Positions 26,239 to 34,788 of a stretch of 43,229 bases of DNA are shown here, piece by piece. Numbering within the stretch: position 1 is the stretch's first letter; every line of letters begins with the position of its first letter. Location: contig SVTB01000003.1 of assembly GCA_015064015.1 (NCBI GenBank), forward strand, positions 1-43,229, read 5' to 3'. A program made the position numbers and the translations under genes. Under the pieces are notes generated by a model, which saw nothing but the letters and a program-made list of their open reading frames with translations, made no database searches and had not been told where the DNA came from. Source of the DNA: Oscillospiraceae bacterium. GTDB lineage: Bacteria; Bacillota; Clostridia; Oscillospirales; CAG-272.

Positions 26239-27870
26239 ATGCTTGTCAAAATTTTCCTGATCGTTTTGTTTTTTGCCGTCACCCTTCTTGTCGGCGTGCT
26301 GTCCAACCGCTCGACCAAGGGCGTGGACGGATTTGTGCTGGGCGGCCGCTCGGTTGGCCCTTGGCTCACAGCCTTCTCTTTTGGCACGTCCTACTTCTCG
26401 GCGGTCATCTTCATCGGTTACGCGGGGAGATTCGGCTGGAACTTCGGCCTGGCCTCTACGTGGATCGGTCTCGGCAACGCTTTCATCGGATCTCTCATGG
26501 CTTGGGTGATCCTTGGCCGCCGCACCCGCGTCATGACCCAGCATTTGGGTAGCCGCACCATGCCCGATTTCTTCGGCCTCCGTTTCAATTCTAAGGCTTT
26601 GCGCTTGGTGGCCGCCGTTATCGTTTTCGTGTTCCTCATTCCGTACACAGCATCCCTGTTCAACGGCCTCTCTTGGCTTTTCTCTGCCTCTTTTGCGGGC
26701 GTGCCCTACTGGGGTTGGGTTATCATCATGGCGGTTCTCACGGGCATTTACGTTATCATTGGCGGCTACATGGGCTCCGCTATGAATAACTTCATCCAAG
26801 GTATTATCATGCTGGTGGGCATCGTGGCGGTGATCGGTGCCGTTCTGGGTGCCAACGGCGGTCTCAGCGAGGCCATTGCTAAACTGTCCGAGGGTTCCAC
26901 CGTTACGGCTGACGGCACCACCTTCAACGGTGCTTACACCTCCTTCTTAGGCCCTCAACCCCTCCAGCTTCTGGGCGTGGTCATTCTGACCTCCCTGGGT
27001 ACCTGGGGCCTGCCCCAGATGGTGGGTAAGTTCTACGCCATCAAGGATGAGGGTGCCATTCACAAGGGAACCGTTATCTCCACGGTATTCGCCCTCATCG
27101 TGGCGGGTGGTTGCTACTTCCTCGGCGGCTTTGGCCGTCTGTATGCCGACAGCGTGACCATGAACGCCGCAGGCAATGCTCCCGCATCCTTTGACACCAT
27201 CATTCCTGCCATGCTGGGTGCTATCGAGGACGGCTTGGGCAACGGCGGCGCATGGCTCATCGGTCTTGTGCTGATTTTGGTGTTGGCGGCCTCCATGTCT
27301 ACTCTGTCGTCTTTGGCCATGACCTCGGCCTCTACCATTACCCTTGATCTTATCGCGCCCCTCTCCAAAAAGCAAAAAAGCGAGAAGTCCAGTATGCTCA
27401 TCATGCGTGTCTTGCTGGCTATCTCTATTGTCATTGCCGCCGCTATCGCCATTCTGGTGGTAGGTAATGCTGAATTGGCTAAGAAGCTCTACATCTCTGA
27501 CCTCATGGGTATCTCCTGGGGCACTCTGGCGGGCTGCTTCCTGGCTCCCTTCCTGTACGGTCTGTTCTGGAAGAAGGTCACCAAGGCCGCTGTATGGGTG
27601 TCCTTCGCCACGGGTCTTGGCATTACCCTGACACAGTTCATCCTCAACGCCGTCCTTAAGATCACCTTTGAAAACCCCGTCATGGCTTACTTCTGCGGCT
27701 CGTCCATCAACGCGGGTATGCTGGCCATGCTGGTGGGCCTGGTCCTCGTTCCCGTGGTCAGCCTGCTGACGCAGAAGAGCGCTCCTTCGGGCGTGAACGA
27801 AATGTTTGCCTGCTATGACAAGGAAGTCACCGTGTCGGTGATGAGCTCTTTGGAGGAAGGCAAAAAGTAA
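26239..27870 (+). CDS. Sodium:solute symporter (SSS) family transporter
   Basis: FVLGGRSVGPW..AFS..TSYFSA..FIG..G, TMPDFFG.RF, Y...GG.....N.IQG and AASMST.SS. ATG at 26239 with GGAGG RBS. Confidence 0.9.
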   Translation: MLVKIFLIVLFFAVTLLVGVLSNRSTKGVDGFVLGGRSVGPWLTAFSFGTSYFSAVIFIGYAGRFGWNFGLASTWIGLGNAFIGSLMAWVILGRRTRVMTQHLGSRTMPDFFGLRFNSKALRLVAAVIVFVFLIPYTASLFNGLSWLFSASFAGVPYWGWVIIMAVLTGIYVIIGGYMGSAMNNFIQGIIMLVGIVAVIGAVLGANGGLSEAIAKLSEGSTVTADGTTFNGAYTSFLGPQPLQLLGVVILTSLGTWGLPQMVGKFYAIKDEGAIHKGTVISTVFALIVAGGCYFLGGFGRLYADSVTMNAAGNAPASFDTIIPAMLGAIEDGLGNGGAWLIGLVLILVLAASMSTLSSLAMTSASTITLDLIAPLSKKQKSEKSSMLIMRVLLAISIVIAAAIAILVVGNAELAKKLYISDLMGISWGTLAGCFLAPFLYGLFWKKVTKAAVWVSFATGLGITLTQFILNAVLKITFENPVMAYFCGSSINAGMLAMLVGLVLVPVVSLLTQKSAPSGVNEMFACYDKEVTVSVMSSLEEGKK

Positions 27871-27881
27871 TTTTGACCCAT

Positions 27882-27922
27882 AAAAATCGCGCACACCTGC
27901 CCGAGGGCGGGTGTGCGCTTTT
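27882..27922. terminator. Bidirectional intrinsic terminator
   Basis: Stem GCGCACACCTGCCC / GGGCGGGTGTGCGC with A-run and T-run flanks, between convergent genes. Confidence 0.8.
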
Positions 27923-27929
27923 GTGCTCG

Positions 27930-29693
27930 TCAGGGCATATCTTCGGAATCTTCCTGCGCGAAGTAGCAGTGCGCACCTGCGGGGAACCGCTGGTCGGAGC
28001 TTTCCTCAAAAATGATCCATAGACGCTCCTGCCCGAACTCAAGGTGTCCTTTGACCCCCGCTCCCTCAAAGACCCACACGCCGTCCCGGTTGCTTGCGGT
28101 GAGCTTCAACGAGGATTCGGTGGTATCGTCCAAGAGAGAATTATCTCCGTCGGGGTCGGGATAAAGGAAAGTGAAGGCGTATCTGACGTTCATGTCCATC
28201 CGGGTGTCCGTTGCGTTGTCGAATGTCACGTAGGTGTTGCTATACGCCCAGTCTTTGCCCGAAGTCTCTTCCAAATTGGCATATTTGTGCCACGTGATAT
28301 CGACGGCAGCCTTGCGGAGATCCTCCTTCGGCTCGACCAAAGGGGTGTAGGTCAGGCTTGATACGTTTCTGGTATACTCGTTGGGTGAGAACGGTTCGGA
28401 ATAGCAACAATATTCATTATGATAGAGCGTCAGGGAATCCTCAAAGGAGATGATCTCCGTCTTACCGTCCCTCGTCAGATAGCGGTTGCCGTTCTCGGCC
28501 GCGAGAATGGAGTAGACAAGACGGTAATCCCCGTCTTTCGTAAGCTCATACAGGCTGTATTCCAACTCGTAATAATCCGTGCGGTCCACGTGGATCAGCC
28601 CTTTCTCGTCCAGCCAGCAGCTTTTCATGTCGAAGAAGGCATCCAAAAGGACGGGCTTACCCTTTCTTTGGGTAAAGATGGCCTTGATGGTGTAGTCCTC
28701 GTTCATGATGACCAGCTCGTCCTGTCCGTCGCCGTTGAGGTCGATCTCGTCGTAGCCCTCGTGGGAGGCATCCCGATAGGCGGTGTAAAGAAGTTGGGTA
28801 TAATATTCAAATGAAACGTCGTTCGGGAAGGTAAAGAGATCGTCGTATTCTCCCTGAAGCCATTTGGCGTGATCAAATTTCTCCAGACAGGTGGAGATGG
28901 CCTTGTAGGTCTCACGGATGGCGGCGTAGCTTGAAAAATCAGCCACGGGAAGATTCTCATCTAAAGTCTTGTCAACCAATGGGAGGTGGATGTAGGGCGT
29001 CAGCAATTTGAAGGTTCGACCGTAATCCGTGGTAGAGATGATCCGACCGTATTCTCGATGCAGTTCGTCGTGGGTCTCCTTGTCAATGGTCGTCCGCTCT
29101 CCGTCTTTGATTTGGAAATATTCAAGAACTTCTTTTTTATCCATGTCATAGAGACCACCGTAAATGGAGCTGTAGGCCATTTTGTCTCCGTCCACGCGGC
29201 CGATGTAAACGATACTTTCCTCGATGTTGCCTTCGACGGTTGAACGCTCGATAAAGAAGCGGCGATCCGTGCCAAACAGGAAGGCCCCGCCTTTTCCGTA
29301 ATTGGCCTCCAGCAGGAGGGGCTTCTTGTCCGAAATGGTGAAGATGGCTTTAACGCCTGCATGTTTGGACAGTAGGATCAGCTCGGGGGTGCCGTTGCCG
29401 TCCATGTCCTTGTAGCCGTAGCCCAGGTTTTTTGCAACTTCGGCATCCTTGCAGGCATCTACGATGCCGTGGAGGGCGGTGGCAATGGCGGCCTCCCGCT
29501 CGTCCATGCCCTCGGTATCGGGCGCGGGCAATTCCTCGCCGTTTTGCTTGGCGGTCAGGAGGGCTGTGTACTCGGCGATGATGCCGTCGTACAGAGATTT
29601 TTGCTCCTCGTAGGATGTTTCGGTCTCTTGGGTGCAAGCCGCCGCTGTCAGGAGCAGACAAAGGCAGAGCAGGATGGTCAAGAATTGTTTCAT
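27930..29693 (-). CDS. Uncharacterised lipoprotein with two tandem domains carrying DxDxDG-type loops
   Basis: Signal peptide ending AAA-C. Repeats GYKDMDGNGTPELILL..KAIFT..KPLLL and GYDEIDLNGDGQDELVIM..KAIFT..KPVLL. AAGGAG RBS. Confidence 0.75.
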   Translation of the reverse strand: MKQFLTILLCLCLLLTAAACTQETETSYEEQKSLYDGIIAEYTALLTAKQNGEELPAPDTEGMDEREAAIATALHGIVDACKDAEVAKNLGYGYKDMDGNGTPELILLSKHAGVKAIFTISDKKPLLLEANYGKGGAFLFGTDRRFFIERSTVEGNIEESIVYIGRVDGDKMAYSSIYGGLYDMDKKEVLEYFQIKDGERTTIDKETHDELHREYGRIISTTDYGRTFKLLTPYIHLPLVDKTLDENLPVADFSSYAAIRETYKAISTCLEKFDHAKWLQGEYDDLFTFPNDVSFEYYTQLLYTAYRDASHEGYDEIDLNGDGQDELVIMNEDYTIKAIFTQRKGKPVLLDAFFDMKSCWLDEKGLIHVDRTDYYELEYSLYELTKDGDYRLVYSILAAENGNRYLTRDGKTEIISFEDSLTLYHNEYCCYSEPFSPNEYTRNVSSLTYTPLVEPKEDLRKAAVDITWHKYANLEETSGKDWAYSNTYVTFDNATDTRMDMNVRYAFTFLYPDPDGDNSLLDDTTESSLKLTASNRDGVWVFEGAGVKGHLEFGQERLWIIFEESSDQRFPAGAHCYFAQEDSEDMP

Positions 29694-29827
29694 ATGGTTC
29701 TCCTTGTTGTGCGATTTTTTACGCGGTCAAACGACTGGATATATGATATCATAAGTTCGAATGACCGTCAATAGCTATGGGTAAAAATCGGCAGGATACA
29801 CAAATTCAACCTGCGATTTTGTACAGG

Positions 29828-30712
29828 TTACCGAGATTCGGAAGAAATGTCAGGGCTCTTTTGAAGCTGCTGCAAATACCATTCGGCCATAGTGACAAAG
29901 CTGGTACGGCCGCCCTTTTCTTTGACGGACATGAAACGGTACACGGCTTCATCGCGGTTGCCGCCGCCGGGGCGGGGAAAGGCGGCGATACCCCGAAGCA
30001 GATCCATCTGTAAGCTGACAATGGGGGCTGGAGACCAGGGCTTGATATAGGGGATGGCTTCCGCTACGGCTTGATGGTTTCCATCGTACAAGCCTTCCAT
30101 GACGGCGATCATGGCGGTGCGACTTTCAAAGATGGCACGGTGCTTGTCCTTCATTTTAGTGATGCTTGCCAAGTCGGCACGATAGTGCAGGGCGGCCTCC
30201 TTCAAAAGAGAAACATCCCCCATAAAATATCCCAACTGTGCGCAAAAATAGTGCCCCTCGGTGCGGAGGATGGGGTTTTTATGTTTTGCCAGCTTGGCGG
30301 CGAAGGTGAGCGCTTCGTGGTAGCGCCCCATGTGGAAAAGGCATATGTAATGAATCCCCATGCGGCGGGGATCGTTTTCCTGCTGAGAGCCCAGGGCTTT
30401 ATACAAAGCCAAGCATTTGTAGGGGTCGCATTCCTCATCCAAGGCCTTGTCAATGGGCAGGATGGTGGTGCCGTAGGCAATGAGCGCCACGAACAGAATT
30501 AAAAGCGCCAAGGGCACCGAAAGAATTCCGGGCCAGCCGGGATTTTGGTAGGTGGTTCCCATCAGGGTGATCTTCCAGTCGTTGGCAAGAATGAACAGGG
30601 GGATCAAACAGAGAATTGCCAGGGTGATGATAAGGGATCTGCGACGCTTGAGCTTCTTGATGATAGAGGAGTAATCATTTTCGGGATACTTGTTAGGGAT
30701 TTCGTTGGCCAT
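29828..30712 (-). CDS. Hypothetical membrane protein (2 TM helices plus TPR-like helical domain)
   Basis: AAGGAG RBS, two hydrophobic N-terminal helices, LDEECDP motif and Ala/Leu helical repeats (MGRYHEAL, MGDVSLL). Confidence 0.65.
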   Translation of the reverse strand: MANEIPNKYPENDYSSIIKKLKRRRSLIITLAILCLIPLFILANDWKITLMGTTYQNPGWPGILSVPLALLILFVALIAYGTTILPIDKALDEECDPYKCLALYKALGSQQENDPRRMGIHYICLFHMGRYHEALTFAAKLAKHKNPILRTEGHYFCAQLGYFMGDVSLLKEAALHYRADLASITKMKDKHRAIFESRTAMIAVMEGLYDGNHQAVAEAIPYIKPWSPAPIVSLQMDLLRGIAAFPRPGGGNRDEAVYRFMSVKEKGGRTSFVTMAEWYLQQLQKSPDISSESR

Positions 30713-31009
30713 GGCGTGCTCCTTGTGTTAAGATATGTATATTATAGCATAGGGGCAGAAAAAAAGCAAGAGAAAGTGGATTTGCTTATTATATAAGACG
30801 CTGTTTTGACGGAAATATTACGTGGACTCGAATGAATATTTTCGCGCAAAATAGTATAAATATTCATGCGGCGGCCTGCCGCATGAATGAAAACCGTGAT
30901 GAAACGAGTACAAGGCAGAATAACGCCCCATAAATATATGGGGATAACATGGGCTTGGCTGTCAAAAGAAACAAGACGCGGGGATGGCGAACAGGGACAT
31001 TTGTGTTTA

Positions 31010-31080
31010 TGCACAAAAATTCAGTTTTCATGCAATAAAATGAATATTTGTATTGACTTTTTGTGAAGTTGTGGTATAAT
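31010..31080 (+). promoter_or_regulatory. Tandem ARG boxes plus SigA promoter of the arg operon
   Basis: TGCACAAAAATTCA (31010-31023) and TGCAATAAAATGAA (31031-31044) are 21 bp apart, as in ArgR/AhrC operators. TTGACT (31053-31058), 16 bp, TGn-TATAAT (31075-31080). Confidence 0.75.
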
Positions 31081-31136
31081 ATACCCTGTTGAATATAAAG
31101 TGGGGGCGTGTTTCTTGTCCCCCGTAGGAGAAACCC

Positions 31137-32060
31137 ATGAAATACGTATTTATTGACGGAAGCGCCGGCACCACGGGACTTCGCATTCACGAGCGGCTGG
31201 CGTGCCGCAAGGATCTGTCCCTTATTATCCTCCCTGACGAGCTGCGCAAGGATGAAAATGCCCGCAAAGAGGCATTGAACGCCGCCGATATCGCTTTTCT
31301 TTGTTTGCCCGATGCTGCTGCGAGAGAGGCTGTGGCGCTGACTGCGGATCCTCGCACCGTTATCATCGATACCTCCACTGCCCACCGTACCGCCGCCGGC
31401 TGGGTCTATGGTTTTCCTGAGATCGGCGGGCGACGTGATCAGATCGTGGGGGCTACCCGTATCGCCAATCCCGGCTGTCACGCCAGCGGCTTTGTGTCTT
31501 TGATCGCGCCTTTGGTGGAAAACGGACTGCTCAGTAAATCTGCCGCGCTCTCCTGCTTCTCCCTCACGGGCTACACGGGCGGCGGAAAGAAGATGATCGC
31601 TGAATATGAATCCGAGGGTCGCGATCCTCTGCTGGACGCCCCCCGCCAGTACGGCCTGACTCAATCCCATAAGCATCTGCCCGAGATGGCGGCTATCTGC
31701 GGTTTAGATAACGCACCTCTGTTCTGTCCCATCGTGGCGGATTTCCCCTGCGGCATGGAGGTCACGGTGCCGCTGTTTGCAAGTCAGCTTAAGGGAAATA
31801 TGGAGGATGTGAAAGCATTGTATAAATCTTATTACGCCACGGGCTTGGTGAGATACGCCGAAGATGCTTCCGAAGGTGGTTTCCTGTCTGCCTCTGCCAT
31901 GGCAGGCCGAGACGATCTGCAGGTGACCGTGACGGGCAATGCTGACCGTATCCTGTTGGTCGCGCGTTTCGATAACCTCGGCAAGGGCGCTTCGGGTGCC
32001 GCCATCCAGAACATGAACATCGTGCTGGGTGTGGACGAGACCACGGGGCTGTGTGTTTAA
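31137..32060 (+). CDS. argC: N-acetyl-gamma-glutamyl-phosphate reductase (type 2 ArgC)
   Basis: FIDGSAGTTGLRI, FLCLPD, IDTSTAHR, ANPGCH and DNLGKGASGAAIQNMN. Confidence 0.95.
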   Translation: MKYVFIDGSAGTTGLRIHERLACRKDLSLIILPDELRKDENARKEALNAADIAFLCLPDAAAREAVALTADPRTVIIDTSTAHRTAAGWVYGFPEIGGRRDQIVGATRIANPGCHASGFVSLIAPLVENGLLSKSAALSCFSLTGYTGGGKKMIAEYESEGRDPLLDAPRQYGLTQSHKHLPEMAAICGLDNAPLFCPIVADFPCGMEVTVPLFASQLKGNMEDVKALYKSYYATGLVRYAEDASEGGFLSASAMAGRDDLQVTVTGNADRILLVARFDNLGKGASGAAIQNMNIVLGVDETTGLCV

Positions 32061-32063
32061 AAT

Positions 32064-32269
32064 TACGCCAAGGAGGAACTTTTTGCAAAAAGTTCCCCCT
32101 TGGAACCCCTTCAAAAACCTTCAATCAAGAAGATTGTTCTAAAAAACGAGGGGATTTGAGCGATAACTAAAAAGGCATATAATCAATATTTTTAAAGTTT
32201 TGGGGAATCCAAAACCCTTTTGCAAAAGGGTTTTGGCGGGTTCCAAGGGCGGCGCCCTTGGCGTACCCC
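32064..32269. repeat. Inverted pair of hairpin-repeat arms between argC and argJ
   Basis: Hairpins at 32068-32103, 32209-32236 and 32243-32261. Conserved TACGC / GCGTACCCC outer ends and CAAAAACCTT / AAAGTTTTGG inner ends. Confidence 0.85.
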
Positions 32270-32281
32270 AAAGGAGGACAT

Positions 32282-33496
32282 ATGAAACTGATAGGCGGCG
32301 GCGTTTGTGCTGCGAAAGGATTTACGGCAAGCGGCGTGCATTGTGGCGTCCGCAAGAACCGCACCAAGAAGGATTTGGCGCTGATCTACAGCGAAGTGCC
32401 CGCATCCTGCGCGGCGGTCTATACCACCAATCTCGTCAAGGGCGCGCCTCTGGACGTGACCAAAAAGCATATTGAAAACGGCATAGCAAGGGCAGTTATC
32501 TGCAACAGCGGCAACGCTAATACCTGTAATGCAAACGGCATTGAGATCGCCGAGCAGATGTGCGATCTCTTAGGCGAGGCTCTGCATATGGATCCTACCG
32601 ACGTGGTGGTGGCCTCCACCGGTGTCATCGGGCAGCCTTTGTCTATCGAACCCATCAAGTCGGGTATCCCCGCTCTGGTGGCGGGGCTTTCGACGGACGG
32701 CTGTGACGCCGCCGCTGAGGGTATCATGACTACCGATACTGTCAAGAAGGAAGTGGCCGTGGAGTTCGAGTTGGGCGGTAAGACCTGCAGAATGGGCGGT
32801 ATCGCCAAGGGCTCGGGCATGATCCATCCCAATATGGCCACCATGCTGGTGTTTATCACCACCGACGCGGCCATCGCTCCCGAAATGCTGAAAAAGGCGC
32901 TGTCTACTGACATTGCCGCCACTTTTAACATGGTCAGCGTGGACGGAGACACCTCCACGAACGACATGGTCACCGTACTGGCCAACGGCATGGCAGGCAA
33001 CGAGACTGTTACCGCCGAGGGCGAGGATTTTGCCATCTTCATGAAGGCGCTCAACACCGTTACCGTCGCGCTCTGCCGCATGATCGCGGGGGACGGAGAA
33101 GGTGCTACCAAGCTACTGGAATGTACCGTCAGCGGTGCTGATGATATCAAGACCGCTCGCACCGTGGCCAAGAGCGTCATCTGCTCCAGCCTCCTGAAAG
33201 CCGCCATGTTCGGCGCGGATGCCAACTGGGGTCGCGTATTGTGCGCTATCGGCTACAGCGGTGCCGCCGTGGATGTTCACAAGGTGGACGTGTCCTTCCG
33301 TTCCCCCAAAGGAGAGATCCTTGTTTGTAAGGACGGTGCCGGCGTGGAATTCTCCGAGGAAATTGCCAAGGAGATCCTGCTTGAGCGCGAGATCGAGATT
33401 CTCGTGTCGGTGGGCGACGGAGACGTGTCTGCCACTGCCTGGGGCTGCGATCTGACTTATGATTACGTGAAGATCAACGGGGACTATAGAACGTAA
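32282..33496 (+). CDS. argJ: Ornithine acetyltransferase / N-acetylglutamate synthase ArgJ
   Basis: NSGNANTC, STGVIG, IMTTDT, KGSGMIHPNMATML (autocleavage Thr), DGDTSTND, DGEGATK and YVKINGDYRT. Confidence 0.97.
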   Translation: MKLIGGGVCAAKGFTASGVHCGVRKNRTKKDLALIYSEVPASCAAVYTTNLVKGAPLDVTKKHIENGIARAVICNSGNANTCNANGIEIAEQMCDLLGEALHMDPTDVVVASTGVIGQPLSIEPIKSGIPALVAGLSTDGCDAAAEGIMTTDTVKKEVAVEFELGGKTCRMGGIAKGSGMIHPNMATMLVFITTDAAIAPEMLKKALSTDIAATFNMVSVDGDTSTNDMVTVLANGMAGNETVTAEGEDFAIFMKALNTVTVALCRMIAGDGEGATKLLECTVSGADDIKTARTVAKSVICSSLLKAAMFGADANWGRVLCAIGYSGAAVDVHKVDVSFRSPKGEILVCKDGAGVEFSEEIAKEILLEREIEILVSVGDGDVSATAWGCDLTYDYVKINGDYRT

Positions 33497-33498
33497 GA

Positions 33499-33682
33499 GT
33501 ACGTTTGGGGGAGCTTTTTACAAAAAGCTCCCCCAAACCCCCGCAAAAATCTTAAAGTATAATATAACGGTAGAGATACTGTGCTCTACCCATTTGTTGC
33601 CCAAAATAATTATTCTGTTTTAAAAGTTTTTGAAGGGTTCCAAGGGAAACTTTTTTCAAAAAGTTTCCCTTGGCGTCCCCCC
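33499..33682. repeat. Inverted pair of hairpin-repeat arms between argJ and argB
   Basis: Hairpins at 33503-33538 and 33640-33673. GTACG / CGTCCCC outer ends and CAAAAATCTT / AAAGTTTTTG inner ends. Confidence 0.85.
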
Positions 33683-33694
33683 ACAGGAGACACT

Positions 33695-34564
33695 ATGAAC
33701 AACCAATTTTCCAACGCACAGCGCGCGCAGGTGCTGACCCAGGCGCTGCCTTACATCAAACGTTACAACGGCGAGATCGTTGTGGTAAAATACGGCGGCA
33801 ACGCCATGATCGACGAGACGCTGAAGCAGCAGGTCATGGAGGATATTGCCCTTTTGTGGCTGATCGGCGTCAAGGTGGTGCTTGTCCACGGCGGCGGCCC
33901 CGAGATCAGCGATATGATGAAAAAGCTGGGCAAGAAGCCCGAGTTTGTGGACGGCCTCAGAGTCACCGACAAGGAGACCGTGGACATCGTGCAGATGGTG
34001 CTGGCGGGCAAGGTCAACAAGTCTCTCGTCACCCTGCTCCAGATGAAGGGCGGTCATGCCGTGGGTCTTTCGGGCATGGACGGCGGTATCATCGAGGCGC
34101 GTATTAAGGACGAGCGGTTGGGCTATGTGGGTGAGATCACCAAGATCCGTACCCGCCCCATCACCGACCTTCTGGAGAAGAATTATATCCCTGTGGTGTC
34201 CACCGTAGCCAGCGACCATCAGGGCAACGTCTACAACATCAACGGTGATACCGCCGCGGCCTATATCGCAGGAGCTTTGGGTGCCGCCCGTCTCATCATG
34301 ATGACCGACGTGGCGGGCATTCTCCGCGACAAGGACGATCCCTCCACCCTCATCACGGGTATCACCGTTCCCGAAGCACGCAAGCTGTACGAGGAAGGCG
34401 TCATTTCAGGCGGCATGATCCCCAAGGTGGACTGCTGTATCGAGGCCATCAACGCCGGCGTGCAGACCGTTACCATTATGGACGGCCGCATCCCCCACGC
34501 CATCCTCATGGAGCTGCTCACCGACGAGGGCGCAGGCACCATGGTGGTGGGGGATAGGGAGTAA
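33695..34564 (+). CDS. argB: Acetylglutamate kinase
   Basis: QALPYI..VVKYGGNAM, VHGGGP, GLRVTD, NINGDT and GGMIPKV. ATG at 33695 with AGGAG RBS. Confidence 0.97.
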   Translation: MNNQFSNAQRAQVLTQALPYIKRYNGEIVVVKYGGNAMIDETLKQQVMEDIALLWLIGVKVVLVHGGGPEISDMMKKLGKKPEFVDGLRVTDKETVDIVQMVLAGKVNKSLVTLLQMKGGHAVGLSGMDGGIIEARIKDERLGYVGEITKIRTRPITDLLEKNYIPVVSTVASDHQGNVYNINGDTAAAYIAGALGAARLIMMTDVAGILRDKDDPSTLITGITVPEARKLYEEGVISGGMIPKVDCCIEAINAGVQTVTIMDGRIPHAILMELLTDEGAGTMVVGDRE

Positions 34565-34566
34565 GG

Positions 34567-34690
34567 CGTACGGCTGGGGAAAACCGAACTGCAAGCAGTT
34601 CCTTGAAAGAAGTTTTCCCCCGGCCCCCCTTTCAAGAACTTTCAAAAAGAAGGATAGGATCGAGAGATCAGATCATTTTTTTGAAAGTTC
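34567..34690. repeat. Hairpin-repeat arm plus truncated partner arm after argB
   Basis: CGTACG-GCTGGGGAAAAC...GTTTTCCCCCGG-CCCCCTTTCAAGAACTTTCA with an extra inner hairpin GAACTGC-AA-GCAGTTC. The partner is reduced to TTTTTGAAAGTTC (34678-34690). Confidence 0.7.
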
Positions 34691-34788
34691 AAATTTGTTT
34701 AAAAATCTTGTAAGATTCTCCCTGAAAACATCGTCTGATGTGATAGGGGGCTATGCAAAATGTCTCTAATCCATAAAAGGAGAAACAA

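Noticed and set aside
30890-30970. T-box-like start (AAACCGTGA...AGTA) upstream of argC
   Set aside because: There is no AGAGA box, no UGGNACC antiterminator and no terminator, and it lies upstream of the arg promoter.
32064-34690. Hairpin repeats considered as a CRISPR array or integron attC sites
   Set aside because: The copies are not identical or regularly spaced, no cas or integrase gene is present, there are no GTTRRRY cores, and most flank core arg genes.
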